Assembly (NCBI GenBank): GCA_965153355.1
Contig: OZ231126.1
Span: 18,352,001-18,416,000 of the forward strand
Source: Flaccisagitta enflata
Taxonomy: Eukaryota
Direction: 5' to 3'
DNA: 64,000 nt
Below the pieces are notes generated by a model. The model was not told where the DNA came from. It ran no database searches and worked only from the letters and a program-made list of their open reading frames with translations. Shown one piece after another: positions 54,861-64,000 of the stretch; the first letter of the stretch is position 1; each line of letters opens with the position of its first letter. Both the position numbers and the translations under genes were made by a program.

Positions 54861-55999
54861 ACTATTTTAGCTGCATAAAATGTCGGGAAAATGGGTGGAA
54901 GACATATGGACGGTTCTCTGTCTGTCAGTTCTCATTCAAAAATGGCAAGGTTGCCCATGAATGGGTCAAAAGGGTTCTGACAGGTTTGTGTCGATGTCTA
55001 AAGGGAAGGGCAAAGATATTGTTAAGGATATAAGATTAGGTTGCAGTGAGCCCCAATAATTGAGACAAAGAACAACCAATGCAGCCAAGTATCATTTTGC
55101 TCTGGCATATTTCCTCTTCAAAAATACTTTTTATATCACAGTGAAAGAAACTTTTAAACCTACATCACAAAAGATATCTTTTGACATGAACAAAATATGG
55201 ATCAAATCTATAGTTCATGGATTTCATTCTGAAGCATTTTTGAAGTAATAAGAAAAAAAAATTGATTAAAATCATAAACAAGAGAGGTTTAATTGCACTC
55301 TACAATATGCAAATGATATTGAATCTGGCCTGAAGAAAGTCAAAATGTTAGCAAATGAAAATATCTTGTTCTCCTCTTACAAAAATGGCCGTGATTTGGA
55401 TTTGGCAAAAATTTTAGTCAATAGATGCAGAACTCTGAAGGCAGAATCTTTTTGATGATGTTTATCAATCAATCAATCAAACATTTTTGGTTTTAGAAAG
55501 CAAGTTTTTGTCAAGAGGAAGATTGGCTACACCTTTAAAAACCCATGAAATCATTTGCATAATGCAGATATTGTTTTCTCCTGATCAAAATCCTCAGCCA
55601 CGTTGCATGTATGAATTTATTGTATTCTATCATAAATCTTGACTCTTGAAGATGTCCAGTTCTCAAGTATCTTTCTGTTTCATGTCTTGTTCTGGTGGGA
55701 GGACACTGTCTGTCAACAAATCTCACTCATTCAAAAGGAATGTTTATGACCTTCCACTTCAACATTTGTTATCATTGTATAGGTTTTTTGAGGGGACAGG
55801 AATAAGGGGCTTATCTTTTATTAAAATGTCAAAGGATTAACATTGAAAACAAATTCTCAGATTAGTTATCTTTTGAGGAGTTTCAGTTCAGACATTCAAA
55901 AGGCATAAAAGATGCAATTAAGCCTAGGTTTTGAGAGTTGATTTCAAGGTTAGGGTTTAGTCCCATGGGAGGGGTGAATTTAGAAATAGGGATGATTAA

Positions 56000-56590
56000 G
56001 GAAATAGCCGCAAAAGCGTTAGATGGTCAGCGGTACCCGTGCCCTGCCTATGTAGGTTGTGGTTGAAGTTGAGGGGGGAGCAGGGCAGCGCCCCAAAGGG
56101 GTCGATGACCTATGCTTTCACACATATGGGGGATTTTCTCCTTCTCCTCCGTCCCTCCCCCCTCAAATCCCAGTCTCGAGGCTCAAATTCCAGTCTCAAG
56201 GCCCAAATCCCAGTCTTGAGGCCCACATCCCAGCCTCAAGGCCCAAATCCTAGCCTCAAGGCCCAAATCCTAGCCTGGAGGCTGAGATTTGGGCCTCAAG
56301 GCGTGGATCTTGGCCTCTTGGCTGAGACTTTGACATAGAGGCTGAGATTTGGGCGTCAAGACTGAAATCTGGGCCTCCAGGCTAGGATTTAGGCCTTGAG
56401 GCTAGGATTTGGGCCTTGAGGCTGGGATGTGGGCCTCAAGACTGGGATTTGGGCCTCGAGAATGGAATTTGGGCTTCAAGACTGGGATTTGAGGGGGGGA
56501 GGATGTAGAGGAAGAAGGAGGAGAAGGAGAAAATCCCCCATATGTGTGAAAGCATAGGTCATCGACCCCTTCGGGGCCGCTGCCCAAAAA
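56000..56590 (-). mobile_element. Family-C HINE with internally inverted 21-bp arrays
   Basis: AATAGCCGCAAAAGCGTTAGATGGTCAGCGGTACCCG…GGGGCCGCTGCCCAAAAA. Confidence 0.75.
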
Positions 56591-56639
56591 GGATAAGAGA
56601 CAGAGTGTGACAGAGTGTGACTTTCTTTTTCTGTTTCTT

Positions 56640-56963
<324 letters not shown>

Positions 56964-57129
56964 GACAAAGAATCATCGCCATCAGTTCGTCTTTTCAGTT
57001 TTGCTAATCCTGAGAAGGATTTTTTGTGAACATGAACATGATGAAGGAGAGGGTGGTAGGGTTAGGGTTAGGGTTAGGGTCCAAAGTCCCAAATTTTCTA
57101 AGAACCATTTCTTACATATTCTGTCCATT

Positions 57130-60100
57130 TCTTTTCATGTCTCTTGCCTCCTCATGCTTACTCATGTCTCCTTATGTCACCTTGTGTTTCTTCATGTCTC
57201 CTTGTGTCTCTTGTGTCTCCTCATGTCTGGTCATGTCTTTTCATGTCTCTTTGTGTCTCCTCACACCTGCTAATATCTCCTTATTCCTCTTCATGTCTCC
57301 CTCTCTCTCTCTCTCTCGATCAAGTCAAACATGTGAGGCCAGGCTGTTGTCTTGAAAAAAGAGATAGGGAGAGAAAAAGAAATGGAATTTTTTTGATCTT
57401 GGAAAATCAAAGTCTGTGTGTAGCCTAGGTGCATTTAGCTGTGTGGGTTTGCATGAACCTTTTCCTCAGAAGACTACAGGGAAAGATTGTAAGTGAAGTA
57501 GAGGATCTTCATGTCTTTCCATGTGTCTCCTCATGCCTCTTCTTATCCCTTTATGTCTATTCATTACTCTTTATGTCTCCCCATGTCATTTCATGTCTCC
57601 TTATGTCTCCTCATGTCTCCACATCTGTTTTCATGATTCATGTCTCCACATATACCTCCATGTCTTCTCTGTCTACTCTTGTCTCCTCTTGTCTCCTCAT
57701 GTCTCTTCATGTGGTTTCATGTCTCTTTATGTTGTTTTATTTCTTTTCATGTCCCTTTATGTCTCCTTATGTCTCCTCATGTTTCCTCATGTCTCTTCAT
57801 GTTTTTCATGTCTACGTATGTCTCTTCACATCTCTCTATGTCTTTTCATGTCTCTTCTTGTCTTCTCATGTCTCTTCTTGTCTCCTCATTTCTCTTCATG
57901 TCTCTTCATGTCTTTTCATGTCTCTTTCTTTTTTTTAAAGTCTCTTCATGTCTTCTCACGGTTTTTCATATCTCCTTATTTTCTTATGTCTTTTCATGTC
58001 TTTTTTGTCTCTTTTTGTCTCCTCATGTCTACTAATGTTTCCTCATGTCTTTTCATGTCTCTCCTGTCTTTCCATGTAGTACAAAATCTTTTCATATCTT
58101 TTCATATCTCCTCATGTCCTTTCATGTCTCCATATGTCGTCGCATGTCTCTTCATGTCTTTTCATGTGTCTTCATGTCTCCTCATGTCTCTTGTAGTCTC
58201 CTCATGTTTCTTCATTTTTTTTGTCTCTTCATGTCTCTTCATGTCTCCTCATGTCTATTCAAATCATTTCATGTCTCCTTATGTCTCCTCATGTTTCCTG
58301 ATGTCTCTTCATGTCTCCTCATTTCTTTTTATGTCTTTTCATGTGTTTTCATGTCTCCTCATGTCTCCTCATGTCCCCTCATGTCTCTTCATGTCTCCTC
58401 ATGTCTATTCATATTTTTCATGTCTCTTAAAGTCTTTTCATGTGTCTTTAAGTCTCTTCATGTCTTATCATGTCTTTTCTTGTCTTTTCATGTCTTTCAT
58501 GTCTTCTCATGTCTATCCATGTCTCCTAATTTCTTTTAATGTCTACTCATGTCTCTTCATGTATCCTCATGTCGCTCATGTCTGCTAAGGTCTTTTCATG
58601 TCTTTTCATATCTCCTCATGTCTGTTTATATCTCTTCATGCTTCTTCATACCTCTTCATGTCTTTTCATGAATACGTTACAGAATATGTTAAATATGGTA
58701 TTTAGAAAATTTCGGGCTATGGACCCTTTCCCTAACCCTATCCCTACCGTCCTCTCCTTCATCAATCTCATGTTCACAAAAAATCCTTCTCAGGATTTGC
58801 AAAACTGTTGTTTTATGTCTCTTCATGTCTTTTCATGTCTCCTCTTGTCTTCTCATGTCTCTCCATCCTTTTTCATGTCCCTCCATGTCTTTTTTTGAAG
58901 AGACATGAAGAGACGTGAAAAGACATAAAAGGAAATCTGGAATCATGAAAAGACAGGAAAACACATCAAAAGACATAAAGCAACATAAGAATATGAAAAG
59001 ACATGGAGAGACATGAATAGAAATGAGGAGACATGAAGAGACATGAAGACTCATGCAGACACATGAAAAGACATAAAAAGAAATGAGGAGACATGAAGAA
59101 ACATCAGGAAACATAAGGAGACATGAGGAGACATGAAAAGACATGAAAAGACTAGAAAAGACATGAAAAGACATGAAGAGACATGAAGAAACATGAGACT
59201 ACAAGAGACATGAGGCCACATGAAGACGCATGAAAAGAATGAAGGAGACATGAAAGGACTTGAAGAAACATGAGAAGACTACAAGAGACATGAGGGGACT
59301 TGAAGATACATGAAAAGAATGAAGGAGACATAGAGTTGAGAGTGACTCGGGTTTTCAATCACCACCGATTTTCAGGGATTTTTCCTTGCCACCACCGTTT
59401 TTCGGTTTTTTTCAGTGATTTTTACTCTGCATCTGCTTATGGGATTGTTCAGATGCATCTACTAATAACTACCTATGTAAATTGTAATGAAACAAGGCCA
59501 ACACCTAAAAGTCCCGTGCGAGACTTACAGATTGACTTAGACTGACTTAGTTTACCCTAAAATGACTTAAAATGACCTAAAGAAAAAAATTTGATAAAAA
59601 AAGTGAAATAGGGATGGACCGAGCGACCAACCGACCGACCGACCAATCGATGGACAGACAAAGCGGGGTGTAGAGTCGCATGTACATGACAAAAAAGAGT
59701 GCTAAATTGAATATCTTTTTTTCAAATTGAGCAAAAGACCTGAATAAAGATCATCAAGAGATACGGGGTCACAAATATTGTTGCAGACGGTGGGCATAGG
59801 CATCCAACCTGACTCGTGCTGACAGATGGACCAACAGATCGACAGATGGAAAAAGGCTCTTATAGAGTTGCATGTCTGAAACTTTTAGAAAAATGTGCAT
59901 ACTAAAACTTGTCAATCATTGATTTTCGTCTGAATGTTTACACATGAAAAAGTAAATATCTGGGTCTTCTTTGAACAGGCTGGAAGTGGATAGGTTTTTT
60001 GCAATTTTATATTTCTTGAGTTTGCTATATGACCTTTGTTCCTGGTGCTACCAAAAAGAGGAAAATCCCATATCCTGTTTGCTGTTTCTATACAGATTTA

Positions 60101-60390
60101 CTGTGAGATAGCATTCTTGATGCCATGGGCATGGTCAAAAGGATGATTTTTTCCTTTGATTGAAACAAGGCCGGATACATGGCAATCCAGTCGCAGGACA
60201 GTTGGGTAGGAGCAGCAATGCGAAAACCGCTTGGAATTCAAAAATGTGACGGACGGATGGACGGATGGACCTACCAACCGACCAACACAGCAAGGTGTAG
60301 AGTCGCGTGTCCGCGACTAAAAAGGTGTTTTCTTATCTCAGTCAGTTTGCTACTTTCATCTTACTCTCTCTCTCTCTCTCTCACTATATC

Positions 60391-60437
<47 letters not shown>

Positions 60438-60442
60438 GTCTC

Positions 60443-60512
<70 letters not shown>

Positions 60513-61315
60513 TTTCTTGAACTTCTTCTGTCTTTCATTATTGAACTTTATCTTTTTTTCTTTATATCAGAATTGACAGTAGTGACTCGCTCAATGAATA
60601 CAAAAAGTGAGGGAAAACACAATCCTTCTTTGTCACCATGGTAACTGTAGAATAAGGGATTTAGATAATATGGAATTTTTTCCTGCAAATTTCAATGATT
60701 AACATGCGCACTTTCTTAAATATGGTGGCAATTTCATCAAAGTGAAGGGCAGTTTGGGAAGGGAGATAAAAACGGTGAAAAACCGAAAATCCAAATCACT
60801 GAATCAGTGAAAATTGGCATTCACTCCACCGTTTTTTCCGTTGGTGAATCACCGAATCTCAAGCCTAAGGAGACATGAAGAGACATGAGGAGACATGAGG
60901 AGACATATGGAGACATCAGGAGACCTGAGAAGACATGAAGAGACATGAGGAAATAACTATGAGGACACTTGGAGAGACATGAGAAGAAATGAAGAGACAT
61001 GAAGATTCAGAAGAGACATAAAGAGACATGAGGAGACATGGAAAACATGAGGAAATATGGAGAGACATGAAAAGACATGAAAAGACATGAGACATGAGGA
61101 TACATGAGGAAAGATGAGGGGGCATGATTAAACTTTAAGAGACATGGAGACACAGGAGACATGAAGAGGAATAAGGAGATATAATCAGGTGTGAGGAGAC
61201 ACAAAGAGACATGAGGAGACTTGACCAGACATGAGGAGACATGAAGAGAGACAAGGAGGCATGAAGAAACACAAGGAGACATGAGCAGGCATGAGGAGGC
61301 AAGAGACATGAACAG
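57130..61315. repeat. 10-bp GAGACATGA satellite blocks (copy 2)
   Basis: TC orientation about 57130-58890, GA orientation about 58895-59330 and 60868-61315. Confidence 0.9.
59331..60867. mobile_element. hAT-like non-autonomous element, private to copy 2, with nested DINE-like pieces
   Basis: TIR TAGAGTTGAGA / TCTCAAGCCTA; 8-bp TSD AGGAGACA; subterminal CACCG repeats; empty site at about 38611-38630. Confidence 0.88.
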
Positions 61316-61512
61316 AAATAGACAGAATATGTTAGAAATGGTGTTTAGAAAATTTTGGGCTATGGACCCTAACCCTAACCCTAACCCTAACCCTAACCAT
61401 CCTCTCCTTCATCAAGTTCATGTTCACAAAAAAATCCTTCTCAGGATTCGCAACACTGAAAAGACGAACCAATGGCGATGATTCTTTGTCAGAGAGAGAG
61501 ATACAGAGAGAG

Positions 61513-61624
<112 letters not shown>

Positions 61625-63760
61625 GGATGAAAAGGTTGGACACACCGCTACCCCAGTCATATGCCCTATCCCCTACCTTCAGACACACCCCTGGACTCAC
61701 CCCTACCTTTTGACTCACCCCTAACCCTAGACTAGCCCCTACCTCTAACTTCCCCCTGCTGCCTACTCCACTCCTACCTCTTACCCCACTCCTACCCTTG
61801 ACTCGACCCCCACCACGGACCTTTGACCCCATACTCAACCTCCACCCCTTACCCCTAGCTCGCCCAATCCTATCCCTAACTCCACCTCTACCCCTTACTC
61901 CACCCCTAACTCCACCCCTACCCTAACTCCACCCCTATCCCTAACTCCCCCCACCCCAAACTCAACTCCTATCCCTAGTCCCACCCCTTCCCTTAACTCC
62001 ACCCCTTACTCAACCCCTACCCAAGAACTCAACCCTGCACCAAAATCTACTCCTTATCCCAACCCCTTTCCCACAAGCCCTAAACTGTACACCTTTACCA
62101 TCATTCTCAACCCCTAGACCTAATTAAATTTCCATTCTTAAACATTACTTGCAATTCTAAACCCTTGCTATGCGTTTAAGCTCTACTTACTTTCCTAAGA
62201 CTATATTTTCTTTGAAAAGAAAGAAATGGTACTTATAACAATCTTTACCTCTTCTACCCTCCCCTGCAAACTTTTTCCTTGGTTTCATGTTATTGAACAT
62301 GAAGGTTTAAAACTTTTTTCACTGAGTGAGATTGATTGACAGATAGTTTTTTGCTTCCAACTTAAGAGGCAGATAAAAAAGGTTTAAGCGATTAATATAT
62401 TATCAAGAGTCATGATTAATCATTGATAAGAAAAAAAGTCAACTGCAAAATATGGATCAATACATTGATCAGGCCAAGTCAGTTTCTGCAATATGCAAAT
62501 GATTTCATCAAACTTTGAAGATGCAGCCAATCACTTTTTTGCCTTTAATCATAAACCAACATGGCCACAGACACAGTCACCCAATTGCGGATGGGTGGTC
62601 AGGGGCAGTATAGCAAAAAACACATTTTAAAAAAGATACAAATAGACAATTGGACTGATGGACCTACACAGCAAGTTTGCAACTGAAGATATTGGATTTA
62701 TGAATACACAATATTGTTTTGTTAGGAAAAATTTTGACTTTCTAAAGGTTAAGGAGATTGAATCAGTGTCAATCTCATTTGCATATTGTAGTAGATTAGC
62801 TATCCTTTCTTGAAGTAAGATGTTCTTTGCTGTTGACTACAAAAATATTGTTTTTCGAAACCCATGAACTGACAAGTAGATTTATGTTGTTCATCTTTCT
62901 TTTTTTTTTCATGTCAGAGGATACTTCTCATTATGTAGTTTCAATCATTTCATCCTCTGATGTGTAAATAGTAAAATCATATCACCTAAAGGATCTATGT
63001 CTATAATTGTTTTTAATTGAGTGTTGGTAACCTGAAGAAAAACTTGGGAACTTTTACTTAAAACACAAGTAGGTTTTTGATTCATTGATGATTTGCTCTT
63101 TGAACCAGAACTGCTGCTTTAAACGATTTCTGAAGTGGGTTTGCCTGACCTATGGGCCATTACAATAGATATCTTTCATGACCTTAGAGCTTTTATATCA
63201 ATTGACCAGTGTCATATTAGCATTGCTCACATCCTCAAAAATGGATGAAATGTAAATACAGCCTTTTAAATAAAGCTTTTTCCAAGCAACTTGAGTCCTA
63301 ATTAGCATATTGTTACGCTATCCAGATCCAGCCTGTTGTGCATTAGAACTCATGAACCAACTAGTTCTCCTCTAGTCTCTCCTGTCAACCATGGTGCCTG
63401 CATTGATAACACTGAATGAGGAGAGACCATTAATCTCATTAGCATATTGCAGCTCTCTTAGTACCTGATAAGTAGCCATCCCAATGTCAGTTTTAGAGGC
63501 AGGTTATTTCATCTCGTTTAGGGAACTGGTCCACTAGTCCAACAATTGATGTAAAAACAATTAGTGCACAATGTTCTTGAAGCAACTAGATCAGTTGACA
63601 GCAACTGTAGTAGCATCCATTTCACTCCTTACTGTTTGATTATGTTTTAAAAAAATATTATAACTATAAGATCTTACACAACAAAAAAAGATGAACTTTG
63701 CATAGTCAATCAATGAATTTCTCTCCTGGGATACCTCTTTACCGCTAGTATGGTCAACTA

Positions 63761-64000
63761 CTATCTAGAACATAAGTATATCGACAGTATGGGGATTGGT
63801 TAATTTAGCAGTGTAGGAAACCTAGAAAAACCGCCAAAACATGTCAGATACTTAATAATACGTCTTTGGGTTTCAACACATATTTGTATGTGGATTTTCT
63901 AAGCACTTTAACACAAATGCTTTGTATAAATGCATGATAACTCTCCCTCATAAAATCTTATTTAAAAAATTCCTTAGTGTATGCCATGTTCTCCCTTTTG
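63761..64000. mobile_element. Probable further insertion at a TA site (or end of the duplication); runs off the window
   Basis: Identity with copy 1 stops abruptly after GGTCAACTA (copy 1 continues TTTGG at about 41675). Confidence 0.4.

Larger units (their letters stand above)
46665..54960 (+). repeat. Copy 2 of the ~440-bp octamer-box satellite
   Basis: Same 8 monomers, split by the 47390-50759 insertion and by HINEs. Confidence 0.9.

Overview
AT-rich, repeat-dominated animal (invertebrate-like) genomic DNA. I found no confidently identifiable gene and no transposase or RT ORF; nearly all track ORFs are translations of microsatellites or minisatellites. Bases 1-28.6 kb are a nested pile of non-autonomous DNA transposons whose ends and target-site duplications (TSDs) can be read directly. 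They include hAT-like elements (8-bp TSD), CAC...GTG elements with 4-bp TSDs (Chapaev-like, two with RSS-like CACAGTG ends), Tc1/mariner-like MITEs (TA) and several Helentron/DINE-1-like (HINE) families carrying internal tandem repeats. Bases 28.7-64 kb are a recent tandem duplication (copy 1 about 28680-44266, copy 2 about 44267 to at least 63760), and the two copies differ by readable insertions and deletions. The most unusual signal is in this duplicated half. An extended octamer motif, (T)GCAATATGC(A/T)AAT(GAGATTGACAG), recurs every few hundred bp on both strands. It is the best-conserved box of a diverged ~440-bp satellite with ABC-ABC-AB higher-order structure, and it also appears in diverged inverted monomers, in non-repetitive AT-rich DNA and inside an independently inserted 3.4-kb Tc1-like element. 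A few weak candidate exons lie at 4.8-5.2 kb and 10.2-10.4 kb. All coordinates and counts were read by eye.
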